A stretch of DNA of 64,000 bases from positions 16,454,212-16,518,211 of the forward strand of contig CM119271.1 in assembly GCA_051294375.1 (NCBI GenBank), read 5' to 3'. Source of the DNA: Paraspadella gotoi (taxonomy: Eukaryota; Animalia; Chaetognatha). Every line of letters starts with the position of its first letter. The stretch's first letter is position 1. Made by a program: the position numbers and the translations under genes. This document shows positions 1 to 13,172 of the stretch, piece after piece. A model generated the notes under the pieces. That model searched no databases. It worked only from the letters and a program-made list of their open reading frames with translations, and was not told where the DNA came from.

Positions 1-246
1 ACAATATTAATAATAATAATTAATAATAATATTAAATAATTTTATTGTTATTGTAATTTTATATTTTTTAGTAAAAATGAAGACAACGTCGACGGCATCG
101 TCCAACTCAAAGTCGCAAATCTTTAGACAAAAGATAAAATAAACAAAAAAGAAAAAGAGTTTAAATTTTTTTTCCTTTTTTTTTGTGTCGATGAAAAAAA
201 GTTGCGAAAATCGAGATTTCTGGAGAAAAAAGTCTGACCGGGGGTA

Positions 247-278
<32 letters not shown>

Positions 279-388
279 GGAGGAGGAAGAGGAAAGAATG
301 ACAAAAAATCCCTGGCCGTTGCGGGCCGTTTCAAGCCGCGGTTTATTTTTCCCCCTCGTCCCTTTTTTCTTTTGTTTTTCCGCCCTCA

Positions 389-502
389 CCGATTTATTTT
401 CTAGACCGATTTATTTTCTAGACCGATTTATTTTCTAGACCGATTTATTTTCTAGACTGATTTATTTTTGAGACCAATTTATTTTCTAGATCGATTTATT
501 TT
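389..502. repeat. 17-bp satellite (CCGATTTATTTTCTAGA)n next to an N-gap
   Basis: About 7 tandem units. Bases 1-502 also recur, with many indels, at ~3017-3660. Confidence 0.9.
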
Positions 503-679
503 NNNNNNNNNNNNNNNNNNNNNNNNNGATATAATTTAAATTAATTCTTACATATTAAAATTAATTAATAATTTATCGATTAATTAATTAAATTAATTAA
601 TCGATTAATTAATATTAATTAAATTATCGTAGGCAGATCCGACATTGTTTGCTCAAACTTGTTTATTTAGTTAATCACC

Positions 680-1450
680 ATATTAAACCCACGCACTTAA
701 ACATGCCAGCCTTCCCGATATTTATTTCTAAATAATTTTTTAAATATAAAAAAAAACACTTCCCTAATGGGAATCGAACCCTGGACTACTAGATTCTTTT
801 ATTTCAACATGTAATGGCCATCTTGCGGGGAAATTAGAAACCCAAAAATAAGATTTTTTTTTTTCTTTTACGATGTGGACCGAGGTGACATGATGTGACA
901 AGAAGTACATGATGACGATCTGTTCATGGGCTTATGATTTTTTAGTTAGTTAATCTTCATATTGAAACCCGCACTTAAACGTGCCAGCCTTCCGATATTT
1001 TATTTCTCAATAATTTTTTTAATATAAAAAAACCCTTCCCTAATGGGAATCGAACCCTGGACTACTAAATCTTTTATTTCAACATGTAATGGCCATCTTG
1101 CGGGAGAAATTAGAAACCCAAATATAAGAAAAAAATTTTTCCCTTTTTGGATGTGACACGATGTGACACGATGTGACACGAGGTGACACGAGTGACCGAT
1201 GTGGCGATGTGACTATATGTGTACTGGGCACTGGAATTTTTTGAATTTGCTAATTCCCCAATATTTAACCCCCGCACTTAAAAGCCCCGCCTTCCCATAT
1301 TAAATGTTTGTTTTAATGAAAAAAATACTTTTCCTAACGGGAATCGAACTCGGGACTAGTAGAATCTTTTATTTTGACATGTAATGGCCATCTTGTGGGA
1401 GAAATAGAAATGCAAAAAAATAAGGAAGAATTTTTCTGCCTTTTTGGACA
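680..1450. repeat. Three diverged tandem copies of a ~280-bp unit with a tRNA B-box-like motif
   Basis: The blocks CCCGCACTTAAA...TTCCCTAATGGGAATCGAACCCTGGACTACTA...CATGTAATGGCCATCTTG repeat at ~690, ~968 and ~1270. The minus strand reads GGTTCGATTCCC. Confidence 0.75.
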
Positions 1451-1464
1451 GTGAAAAATACTGG

Positions 1465-1890
1465 TCTGGAAGGAAGAAAAAAGGAAGAAAAAAAAGGAAG
1501 GAAAAAGGAAGAAAAAAGGAAGAAAAAGAAGAAAAAGGAAGAAAAAAAGGAAGAAAAAAAGAAGAAAAAAAGAAAGAAAAAGGAAAAAGGGAAAAAAAGG
1601 AAAAAAAAAAAAACGGAAGAAAAAAGAAAGAAAAAAAGAAGAAAAAGGAAGAAAAAAGGAAGAAAAAAAAGAAAAAAGGGAAAAAAAAAAAAGAAAAAGG
1701 AAGAAAAAAAAGAAAAAAAAACAGAAAAAAAAGAGGAAAAAAGGAGGAAATAAAGAAGGAAAAAAAGGAAAAAAAAGAAGAAAAAAAAGGAAAAGAAAAA
1801 AGGAAGAAAAAAGGAAGAAAAAAAAAAAGACCTTGTGATTAAAAAAAAACAAACAAAAAAAAACAAGGGACGTCTGATTTTTCTTTCTTT

Positions 1891-1923
<33 letters not shown>

Positions 1924-2500
1924 TTAACCTCTTCCTTTTTTTCTTTTCTTTTTTCCACTCCATCCTTCTATTTTTTAACAACTTCCTTTCTTTCCCTTTC
2001 TTTCTCTACTTTTCTTTTTTCAACCTCTTCCTTTCTTTTCTTTTTCTCTTTTTTCCTTTCATCTTTTTTTTTAATAATCCTCCTTTCTTTTTTCTTTTCT
2101 TCTATCCTCTTCTCTTTTGAACGTCTTTCCTATTTTTTCTTTTCTATCCTTTCTCTTTTTGAACGTCTTCCTCTCTTTTCTTTCTCTCCTTTTTTTTCTT
2201 TTTCAACCTATCCTATCTTTTTCTTTTCTTTTTTCTCTCATTCTTCTCATTTTTTAACTTTCTCTCTTTCCTTTCTTCCTTTCTTTCCTTTCTCCTCTTT
2301 TTCCTTTCTATCTTCCTCTTTTTTCCCCCTAAATTTTAATCTTTTTTTCTTCCTTAAATATAAAATTTTGCTCTCTCTTTGACGGGGTTGGCTGGGCAAA
2401 ACAAGGAAACTGGAACAAAGAAGGATCTCTCTCTCTCTCTCTCTCTCCTCTCTCTCTTCTCTCTCTCCTCTCTCTCTCTTCTCCCTCCTCTCTCTGGTTC
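1465..2500. repeat. Purine- and pyrimidine-rich low-complexity tract
   Basis: An A/G-rich run followed by a T/C-rich run. The overlapping ORFs are compositional artefacts. Confidence 0.9.
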
Positions 2501-2839
2501 AAACCACAACCGCAATTTATTCCACCGCCGAAAATTTTGGTTTTTTTCATATATTTTCCTTATTTTTATTTTTGAATCTGATCCCCGGTTTTAACAATAA
2601 AAAAAAATGTTGGTGGCTTAATTCGAAGCAAACGTCGGCGTATTTGCGATTTTACGAAGATTGATGACTTGGTTCCGGAGTGGCCAACTGGCAAAGTGAT
2701 GCGAAATCGGAGAAGGCGAGATCTTTCGACAATGAGATGTAAATGAACGAAATTGAAGAAGATATGAGATAATGGTAGAGACAAAGATAGTTATTTCGTA
2801 ACAATGATGTTAGGTAAAAATAATAATATAATAATAATA

Positions 2840-2883
<44 letters not shown>

Positions 2884-3427
2884 TAATAATAATAATAATA
2901 ATGATAAAATAATGAAATAAAAATAAGAATATTAATGTAACATCACAGATTGAAATGAAACCCCGAACAAGAAGAAGAAGAAGAAGAAGAAGAAAAGAAG
3001 AAGAAGAAGAAGAGAACAATATAATAATAATAATAATATAATTAAATAATTTTATTGTTATGTAATTTTATGTTTTTTTTAGTAAAAATGAAGACACGTC
3101 ACGGCATCGTCCAACTCCAAAGTCACGCAAATCTTCTAGACAAAAGTTAAAGATAAACAAAAAAGAAAAAGAGTTTAATTTGTTTTTCCTTTTTTGTTGT
3201 TGTCGATGAAAAAGTTTTGCAAAATACGAGATTTCTGGACGAAAAAAGTACTGACCGGGGATAGAGGAGGGAAGAGTGAGGAGGGAGGAAGGGAGGAGAG
3301 GAGAAGAGGAAAGAATTGACCAAAAAAATCCCTGGGCCGATTGCGGGCCGTTTCAAGCGCCGGTTTATTTTTCCCCCTCTCCCTTTCTTTCTTTTGTTTT
3401 TCCGCCATCACGATTTTCTTGCATTAA

Positions 3428-4217
3428 GACCGATTTATTTTCCTCAGACAATTTATTTTCTAGACCGATATTATTTTTAACCGATTTATTTTCGAGACCA
3501 ATTTATTTTCTAGCAATAATCGATTTATGTTTCTAGACGATTTATTTCTAGACCGAATTTATTTTCTAGACCGATTTATTTTCTAGACCGATTTATTTTT
3601 CCTTAGACTGATTTATTTTTTGAGACAATTTATTTTCTAGATCACTTTATTTTTCTTAGACGATTTATTTCTAGACCGATTTATTTTCTAGACCGATTTG
3701 TTTTCGAGGAACAAGTTTATCTTTCATCGATCGATTATATTCTAGGGACTGATTTATTCTAACCGATTTAATTTTCTAGACCGAATTTATTATTCTAAGA
3801 CCGATTTATTTCTAGACCGATTTATTTTCTATACCAATTTATTTCCTGACCAATTTATTTTCAATAGGACCGATTTATTTTCTAGACCGATTTATTTCTC
3901 ATAGGCCAATTTTATTTTCTAGATCGATTTATTTTCTTAGAACCGATTCTATTTTCTAGACCGATTTTTTTTCTTAGACGATTTATTTTCATAGACCAAT
4001 TTATTTTTTAGATCGATTTATCTTTTCATTAACCCGATTTATTTTCATAGACCGATGTTATTTTCTAGACCAATTTATTTTCTAGAATCGATTTATTTTT
4101 TTCTCTAGACCGATTTATTTCTAGACCGATTTATTTTCTAGACCAATTTAGTTTTCAGAGATCGATTTATTTTCTTAGATCTGATTTTATTTTCTAGACC
4201 GATTTATTTTCTAGACC
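3428..4217. repeat. Degenerate 17-bp satellite array (CCGATTTATTTTCTAGA)n
   Basis: About 45 units with scattered indels. Confidence 0.92.
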
Positions 4218-4390
4218 CTGTTTTTTCCCTCTTTTCTTGTTTGTCATTGTCCTTCAGTGCATCGCGCTTCCAGTAAATGTTTTGTTTGGAAGATGGCAGA
4301 AACCATACGAAATGGAGGGGGACATCAAAATTTAGGCGGGGTTTGGGGGCTCAGCAAGAGAGGGAGAGCAGAGAGAAGAGAGATAAGAGG

Positions 4391-4435
<45 letters not shown>

Positions 4436-4516
4436 TAGAGAGAGAGGAGAGAGTGAGAGAGAGAAAAGAGAAGAGAAGACGCGAAGAGAGAGAGAGAGAG
4501 AGAATAGAGAGAGATT

Positions 4517-4549
<33 letters not shown>

Positions 4550-5439
4550 CAGAGAGAGAGGGGAGTTTTGAATCAAGTTGTGAGAAGAACAGGGAGGAAG
4601 AGGACAGAGGAGGATGAAGAAGGAGAGGAGGGTGGAAGGAGGAAGGAGAGGATGAAGAGGAAGAGGAGGAAGAAGAGAAGCGGAAGAGGAGGATGAAGAG
4701 GCGCCGGACTGAAATTTGAGACGACGGATCAGGTCAGCGTAAAAACCACCAAAGAAAGAAAAAGAAAGAAAAAGAAAGAAAAAGAAAGAAGGAAGAAAGA
4801 AAAGAATAGAAAGAAACAAAAAACCTAAATTATTAACAAAGAAAGATAAAAGACAAAGAAAATAAGCTGATCGCGACATATTTTAATCAATCCTTAATTA
4901 TTAATAATAATATTAATAAGGGTGCCGACTAGTTTTCTAGTTTTCTTCTTTGTGTCAAGTTCCTTTCGTTTCGTTGTTTTAAGCGAATTAGGAAAGAAAA
5001 AACTGACTTTCCTAGTTTTCTTCTTATAACCATTTACTTTTTATATCTAGTTATACGAAAAAATTTTAAAAATAAAAATAACACATGTATTTACTTTATT
5101 ATATATTTGTTTACATGTAATTTTATAAATACCCTCGCCTCTTTTTTTTAAATCCAACCGCCCGCCTGCCCTCACTTTTCCAATCTCAACTTCGTTAAAT
5201 ATCCCGAGTTTCACCAGAAAGAAACAAAGAAAACTCTTTAAGTCCGTGGATCGAATCCCGCCCGCGGCGATTTTTCGGTCTTCGCAAAGATCTTTTCGGG
5301 TCAATCGGACGCTCGGACCAATTCGAGAGGAACTCGTGAAATTCACATTTAACGTGCATTTTTTCAGTGATCGCCTTTTGGGGGGGGGCAATGGGAGGAG
5401 ATGAGAGAAAGAGAGAGAGGGAAGAGAGCAGGGTAGCGG

Positions 5440-5585
5440 CACCTGTAATATTTTCCGTCATCCACCCTACAGAGCTCTTATAAATATAATGTAGTCGTTC
5501 TGGCTTGGTAGCGAGAATCTGTGATATTTTCCATCATCCACCCTACTAAGCTCTTATAGTGGGAGCCGTTTGTGATGAACTGTTA
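5440..5585 (-). repeat. About 1.5 units of the 70-bp minisatellite found at 29.8-30.5 kb
   Basis: The reverse complement reads CCCACTATAAGAGCTTAGTAGGGTGGATGATGGAAAA..., matching the start of the 29763 array. Confidence 0.85.
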
Positions 5586-5871
5586 TAATTTGATAAGAAT
5601 AAAATTAGAATAAAATGAAGAATCAGAAAGTAGACTGCTGAATTCGATACTGTGTACGTGTTTATCTTATTTATTTAATAATATAATCTATACATAGGTT
5701 GTGTCAATTTCATATGCAAAGATTAATATTGAATACATTACTTTAATATTTTTTAGTTTGTATAAATAATTTTGTTATATCTTCGTAATCCCTTGTTTTT
5801 GTCGGGCGGAAAAAGAAATTCAGGAGTCGGGATATTTTGTTTTGTTGATGTTATCTCCGCGGAGGTTATGA

Positions 5872-5929
<58 letters not shown>

Positions 5930-6607
5930 ATTCCGGAGCGAAAAAGGATCTCGAGATGAAAACGTTTTCTTTAAATGTAACTTTATTGTTTCGTTTCATT
6001 TTTTTTTAGATATTTAAAGTTTTTTTAATTGATTCTGATAGAGCTCAAAAAGTTAAGCAAAAAATATAATTACAACTTTTTAAAATTTTCATGTTTTATT
6101 ACTATCAGGCCTAAGGGATAATAGGGTAGCACTAGGTTTATTTCCTCAGGGAACAATATCTGTTCCGGCTCAAACAAGAGCAACCCCACTATCCTCATAG
6201 CCAATGACACACCAATGACCCGGCACCTTCATAAGGCCAAGGGGGGGCCAGCTCATTTTGAGCTCTTTCTTAATTCTAAATTTCACTATTATCTTTCACT
6301 TATCTAACCCTAACCTTCTATTCAATTTCAATTTTTCAAAATTTTCAAACTTACTTTACTAAAACAACTCTTTGCTTAAATTATTTACTTATTTATTTCT
6401 AAAGTGTTAATAGTCAAGTTTACTTTATATCTTTGTTGGAAATTGCTCAAATGTAATTGTCTCTCTCTATCTCTTTCTCTCCCTCCATCTCTCTCTGAGA
6501 TTCTCAAACTCATCTCCTTAACTTTTATGTCATAAATGCAGAGGAATGCCTTTTCTCTTTTCCACTTGAATCTCTCGAGACAAAAAAACGGCATCCATGG
6601 TCCTCTT

Positions 6608-6782
6608 AGCCTTACCCTGATTCTTGGCCTTTCCTTTGGCCTTACCCTGATTCTTGGCCTTTCCTTTGGCCTTACTCTGATTCTTGGCCTTTCCTTTGGC
6701 CTTACACTGACTCTTGTCCTGTCCTTTGGCTTTTACTTTGGCCTTACCCTGACTCTTGTCCTTTCCTTAGGCCTTTCCTTTG
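6608..6782. repeat. 30-bp minisatellite
   Basis: 5-6 copies of GGCCTTACCCTGATTCTTGGCCTTTCCTTT. Confidence 0.85.
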
Positions 6783-7484
6783 CATCACTCTCGCACGTCA
6801 TTTTTTTTCTTATTCTCAAGTCTTTCGATCAGAGAAAATTATATCGTGGATCTCATTAATTATTATTCCCTGCGGTCATTGGCGTTCTAAGTTCTTGCCC
6901 CGTGTTAGGACGAGGCGCTGATCCGCCCGTAGCATCGTCATTGTTGGCTGCAGTACGTCTCTACCCTCCACGCGGTGCTAGCGTGGGAACATTCCTTTCG
7001 GGATGGCAAAAGAGACGTGGTAGCACAATGCCATCATAGAGTGAAAACCGAAAGGCGGTAATCTCCCGATCTGTCTTTCTTTGAGTAACGGGAGGGGTCA
7101 GGCCAGCCGACCTGGTCACCTCCCCCCTCTTCCTCACCTTCCCAATCCCCTCCCTTCCCTTCCTCCTCTCTCCCTCTCTTCCTCTATCTTTCCCCCCCTA
7201 TTTAAACAACATTTCTGGCTGCAGCCTCTCAAGGCAAGTCTCAAGTCTACCCATCTTAGACAGCTTTGGGAGTGAGTAGTCCCTCGTTGGGTAGAATGCC
7301 TTTCTCCAAGTCAGTCATCGTTCATTGTGTAACGGCCCGAACCGATGCTTAGTTTATTAATTAATTCATAACTATTATTCTGCATTATAAATAAAATTGT
7401 AACCAGTATAACAATTATTCATTCATAATTCATTAAAAAAATAAATAAATAAATAAATTAATTAATTAATTAATTAATTAATTA

Positions 7485-7556
<72 letters not shown>

Positions 7557-8322
7557 ATTAAAAAAAAATAAATAAAAAATAAATAAATAAATAAATAAAT
7601 TAATTATATATGAATAATTCGTTACTTCCGCTGCGTTATATGAAATTATAAATGTATTTTCTGATATATTTTCCATAAAACCTAATTTTTCTATCTCCAA
7701 ATCTCGATCAGAAATTTTGTCTCAAATTTCTCATCGTGTCCTTGAAACAAAAAATATTTTGTGGTTTGGATCGAAAACTAAACATCCGCAAAGCTTAACC
7801 CGAAGGAGAGCGCGTGCCCCCGGATGTAAGCTGAACTTACTTTTATCTTCAAAAAACTGATCCTTACCCTCTTCATCATCTTGCTCTTCCTCCTCCTTCC
7901 GTCATCTCAGTCTCGACAAATTCTTTTTTTTTTTACAGTTTTCTCCGGTTGTAACGAACTCGTTTTTTACGAGCCCCAGCGTTTCTTTAACGATGTTCCG
8001 CTTTTAACGAAGTCGTCTTAGTCTTTTTCGCGTCTATTTGTCGCGAGAGTCTGGATTTAGCGAATTTGAGGGGAAAAGACGATGATTACGAGAATGATGA
8101 TAACAGTGAAGACGACAACGACGACGACGACGGCGACGATGACAATGTCATCATTGTCATCGTCGATAAGGATGAAAATGATAACGATGACGATGAGAAA
8201 ATAGACGGCAATGATAATGACAATGATGATAATGATAATGATATGATGATTATAAATTTACGACATTTACAAAACTGGAACAAATATCAAAATGAAAACA
8301 ACAAAGAAGTAAAAACTGACAA

Positions 8323-8355
<33 letters not shown>

Positions 8356-8750
8356 TGCTCCGCTTTTTACGAGTTCGTCTTGACGAGACTTCCTCGTTAA
8401 AAAGGTTTTTGTCGCCGAAGCGTTGAATTCGTCCAGGAATGTCGCCGCCGCAATCATCCTAGTCGTCGTCGTCGTCGTCGTCACTGATAACGTCGTTGTT
8501 ATTTGCCAATGTTTCAGATGATCCGTTGTCGTCGTCGTCGTCGTCTTAGTCGTCGTCGTCTTAGTCGTTGTACGTCAACGTCAATGTGCAACGTAACTTT
8601 CTTTTAGTTAGGCAATATATATTATGTTTGTTAATTATTCCACGTACTTCAGAATTCTGGCTCACTTTTGCGTCGCAAGGTTTTTTAGTTCCTTTAGAGA
8701 ATTCGGCGTAAGAGGGTCGAGGGCTTTACAGTTGTAGTGAATCTCTGGTC

Positions 8751-8878
<128 letters not shown>

Positions 8879-9288
8879 TTTCATCTCATCGATTTCTTCC
8901 AAGTCTCCCTCCAAAAAATCTGGATCAGACCGGATCTTAATCCTCGTTCCGGCAATCATCCGGAAAATCGATGCGGCCGCCGACGCCGCACATCGGACGC
9001 CGGGATCCTCCGGGGCGGAAATCGGCGTCGCTTATGTTTTTGTCGGAAGTAAAAATCGTTTCTGAGACTGAGAGAGAGAGGGTGAGGGAGAGAGAGGCTT
9101 TCCAATCTCGAGACAAAAGTCAAAATGGACACAATTTGTTTTAATTAAAAGTTGCAAAAATGATATTGATTCTTAATTAGAAAATAGTGGAGATGGTTAT
9201 GATCAGTCTTTCGTTCATCTCAATTTGTGTTAGGGTTAAAATTTAATCAATTTTGTACGTAAATAATGAATTACTTTTTTTGAATACC

Positions 9289-9605
9289 TCAAACGAAATC
9301 ATCATGTGTTTCAAGGTAATCACATAACCAAATGATATTCCAGATCGCCAAGGGAATTAAAGCGAATCCGATGAGGCCAAAAGCCAGACCCGCGATGGAT
9401 AATTGATAAGCCAGGGCGTATTTTTTATCGTTGAGTTTGGTGAGAGCGCAGGCACTGAGCACAATCCCCGGGACGCCGATGAGACAAATTAGGAACAAGA
9501 CGTCGGTGACACTGAAAACGAGGCCAGCGATGGAAAAGGCTTTCGTCCGACGAGGAATATTCTCAGATTGAGGTTTTTCTCCGCTGCCGCTGCTGCCGGC
9601 CGCAG
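9289..9605 (-). CDS. Terminal coding exon of a small two-TM protein (CD225/DUF4190-like hydrophobic pattern)
   Basis: CTGCAG acceptor, then an open frame ...KAFSIAGLVFSVTDVLFLICLIGVPGIVLSACALTKLNDKKYALAYQLSIAGLAFGLIGFALIPLAIW...* in a GC-richer island. The upstream exon is unresolved. Confidence 0.5.
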
Positions 9606-9851
9606 CTGCAGTTTGGAATCAAAATTTAACAGTTACATCCTGAAAACTATTACAGAAAATGTCGATTTTCTAGCTGGCGATTCGGAACTTTTTCGTTTCG
9701 CCCTTAACGAAATGCTTGAGTCGCCGTAGGAATTATGAAGTAAATACTCATATGTAGTTATTTTTTTCTTCTTTTACAATTATAGTAGGCCAGTCACCTT
9801 ATTTTATATATAGTACTACCCTTATATAATGTCAAAATATCGAAATGGTTT

Positions 9852-11006
9852 TTTTTTAGTCTGATCTGCTTTACAGCAGATCTCGACTCTATAATTCACT
9901 TTGTCGGTCCGTCGGTCCGCCCCCGCAATCTTATCGGGCATTCACTTACAGATCTGCTCAAAAAAGTTTAATAGTTATGATAAAATCATTTTATTTCGTT
10001 ATTTGAAGGAAAATATTACTTTTTAGGATTCAGTTAAATAATACATTGTTGGACCACGATTTGCACCGTCTCCATGAGACAAGGGAGAGAGTCGTAGAGG
10101 CTGAGCAAATATTAAGGGTTCAGCTCCCCCAAATGTGTTTTAAATTTTTTAAAATTTTGTCGACTGTCATTTCATTGTACTGCAAAATGTCCCTTTTCAT
10201 CCTTGACCAGACATTTTCAATGATGTTGCAGTCGGGTGAATTTCCGGGCTAACCTTTGAGCACCTCCATCCCGTTTTCTTCATGAAGTTTTTTGGGGGCT
10301 TTGGCTTTGTATCCAAAAGCTCTATCCTCCATGAAAAGCCGCCCATTCACTGTTAAATGACTGGCAACAATTTTTCTTCTCTCCATTATTTTCTCAACTG
10401 GCTTACAGAAGCCTTATGGTCTTAAATTGCGAAACTTTCCAAGTCATCATCCTTGCTCTTTGTGGATATGCACAGCCACTTGCTTCCAACAGTTCGTCCA
10501 AGGTTTCCAGTTGCATCAAATTTGTTGACAACTCTGCAGATGGCTGTAGGAGAGAAATGAAGCTGTTTGCCGATCCAATATCCAGACAAACCCGCCTTCC
10601 AAAGTACAACAATTGCAGCTTTCTTTTTGGGGTTTAGCTGTTTTGAAGTTTTCATAGTAAAAAAACATAAAAAACACAAAACACAGATGGATAAAAAAAT
10701 TTTTTTCGCAAAAAAAAAAGTTGTAAGAAAATATTTTAATTCTTTTTTTTATTTTAGTACTGCTACTATAATATTTAGCCTAAAAACCTCGTCATAGGCT
10801 CGTTTGAAAGATATTTGTCTTGGCTTTCATATCAACCCAAGATTTAATTAATAGGATGACAAACAAGCGAGATAGTTGGGGGTTCCAAGTTTAAACTTTT
10901 TTTTGATCTGTATATCATGTCAGAACATCGAATTATGATAAATTATAAAAAAAATAATGTCTGTCCGCCCGTCTGTCTGTCTGTCTGGAGTTTAATGTTA
11001 AGGTGG

Positions 11007-11037
<31 letters not shown>

Positions 11038-11182
11038 GGGCATAATTTTTTTGTATAATTTATCATAATTCGATGTTCTGACATGATTTAAGTGACTTAG
11101 CGACAAGATTGAGGGGGCGGACCGAAGGACAGACACAGTGGTTTTCAGTCGGAATCCGCTGATAAGCAGATCCGACTAAAAA
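9852..11182. mobile_element. Fold-back element made of two inverted DINE-1/HINE-like left ends, hosting a Tc1 insertion
   Basis: TTTTAGTCTGATCTGC... at the left end and ...GCAGATCCGACTAAAAA at the right end, with (GTCY)n/(GACA)n tracts at 10960-11040. Confidence 0.75.
9949..10910 (-). mobile_element. Internally deleted Tc1/mariner transposon with a transposase pseudogene
   Basis: TA|CAGATC...AAAAAAGTTTAA and TTAAACTTTTTTTTGATCTG|TA TIRs with a TA TSD. N-terminal HTH remnant KAAIVVLWKAGLS..IGKQL..S.TAICRVVNKF..TG and catalytic remnant FMED...*PGNSPDCNIIENVW (WPxxSPDLNPIE motif). Confidence 0.9.
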
Positions 11183-11262
11183 ACTATTTCAATCTTCATG
11201 ATGAGATGAGATTTTCCAGAGTTGAGAATTCCAATGATACGAATGATAAGACTTAACCTTAC

Positions 11263-11475
11263 CCAATTTTTTAACTCGACCTGCGACTCACCTCGTTCTT
11301 CACTCGTCGGTTGCGCTTTATCGTAGTTGACATTTTCATTGCCGTTGTTGTTGTTGTTGATGCGGACAACGAAATTTGTTATTTGGTCGTCGTCATCTTT
11401 GTCGTCGACGTCATCTTTGTCGTCGTCGTCGTCGTCGTCATTCCGCCCAGGCCAATCTATGTTGAACTTTTTCAT
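11263..11475 (-). CDS. Possible first coding exon (acidic, low complexity)
   Basis: ATG at 11475, open to a TGG|GTAAGG donor. Its phase does not match the 9605 exon directly. Confidence 0.25.
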
Positions 11476-12020
11476 CCTTACGTTTTAAAAGCGTAAAAAA
11501 ATTGTTTATGTTTACGTTGTGTTTATGTACTTTATCCATGCATTTTGTCTATAACCGATATACTTAAGAGTAGATTTTAAGTTTAATTTTACACCTGCTT
11601 TTTTTTATCCCTAATTATCTTGCCAGACTTCTTGGTTAGATTTTGCTTCGGCTCAGGTTCTTTGTGACGTCGTCGTTAGCATCACGCTTTTTTCTTATAT
11701 AGTTTTGACTAGGCCTTACAATTTTGTTTTTCTTAAATAAAAACTAAATCTTTGCAATTGTCATGTTTCATATGGAATAAAATATTTTTTGTTTGAATTT
11801 TTTCTCATTATGATTTACTGCAATATGCAACATGTGATTTTAAAAGACCTTTTTGATGGGAAGCTATATCTAAATTTTAATAAAATTAACAATACACACT
11901 TTTACAACTTGCAATTGAAAAAAACTGTAAATATTTTCAATTGTGAACGGTTGTGTTCTTTAAATTATATATACATATATTTTTTGTCAGGCGCATACAT
12001 TTAATCTGATTAATTAAAAA

Positions 12021-13172
12021 AACAAGTTTGAGCAAACAATGTCGGATCTGCCTACGATTATTAAGTGGTAATAAGCCAACTTGGTCAACTTGCATAATTT
12101 AATTAACTTGCATTATTTGGTCAACTGGCATAATTTGGTCATATGACATAATTTTGTCAGCTGGCATAATTTGGTCAACTGACATAATTTGGTCAACTGG
12201 CATAATTTGGTCAACTGGCATAATTTGGTCAACTGGCATAATTTGGTCAACAGGCATAATTTGGTCAACTTGCAGAATATGGTCAACTGGCATAATTTGG
12301 TCAACTGGCATAATTTGGTCAACTTGCAGAATTTGGTCAACTGGCATATTTTTGTCAATTTGCATAATTTGGTCAATCAATCAATGAATCAATCAATCAA
12401 TCAGAGAAAGATAGAGAGAGTGAGAAACTTTAAAAAATTCAAATAAATGTGTCTTTTGGTTTTCTAATTTGAACTCTTTTCCACTCCTACGATTCCATCA
12501 AAAAATTTATATCCAGCTTTATCACATACTTTTCTACCCACACACAAAATTCCATTTAAATTTATCTATCCAATTTATCCAACATAATAATTATGAGTAA
12601 ATTTAAGTAAAAATACTTCAAGTAAATATGACTTTTGTTTTTTCCATTTTAACTCATTTCCACTCACACGATTCCATTGAAACTTTATATCCAGCTCAAT
12701 CACACACTTTCCTTCTATCATACAAAATTTTAAGTCAATTGCTATATCCACTCATGAGCAATGGGCGTTCAAATAGTGAAATATATTTTTTTGTTTTTTC
12801 CATTTAAACCAATTTTCACTGGCACGATTCCATCGAAACTTCATATCCATCTCAATCACACAGTTTCCTACCCACACACAAAATTTCATACCAATCCATC
12901 CATCCAATCGCGAGTAATTGGAGTTTTTGGCTAAGGGGGGACGGATGGACGGATGGACGGTTGGATGGACGGACGGAAGGACATCATTTATTTTATCATA
13001 AGTTTATCATTATATATTTCCTTCTCTCTTTTTATTAATTGTATTGTTACATAATTCGAGGTTCTGATATGATAATAATGATTTACCTTCAATATTTTGG
13101 GGTGGGACCGACCGACCGACAAAAGTTGAATTATAGAGTCGGAATCCGCTGATAAGCAGATCCGACTAAAAA
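12021..13172 (-). mobile_element. DINE-1/Helentron-associated (HINE)-like non-autonomous element
   Basis: Sub-terminal inverted repeat GTCGGATCTGC at both ends, terminal hairpin, (GGAY)n tract, internal 18-bp array GTTGACCAAATTATGCCA (12085-12378), A/T-run flanks. Homologous to 24647-25769. Confidence 0.8.

Noticed and set aside
1-502. Biological duplication of 3017-3660
   Set aside because: It abuts an N-gap and differs by scattered indels, so it is probably an assembly overlap.
1334-1981. Long Lys/Phe-rich ORFs (similar ones at 4257-4879, 59866-60768 and 61441-62184)
   Set aside because: Low-complexity or microsatellite artefacts.
12099-12446. ORFs with VDQIMP / LTKLCQ hexapeptide repeats (also at 20794 and 25376)
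   Set aside because: They are translations of the 18-bp array inside HINE-like elements and are open in several frames.
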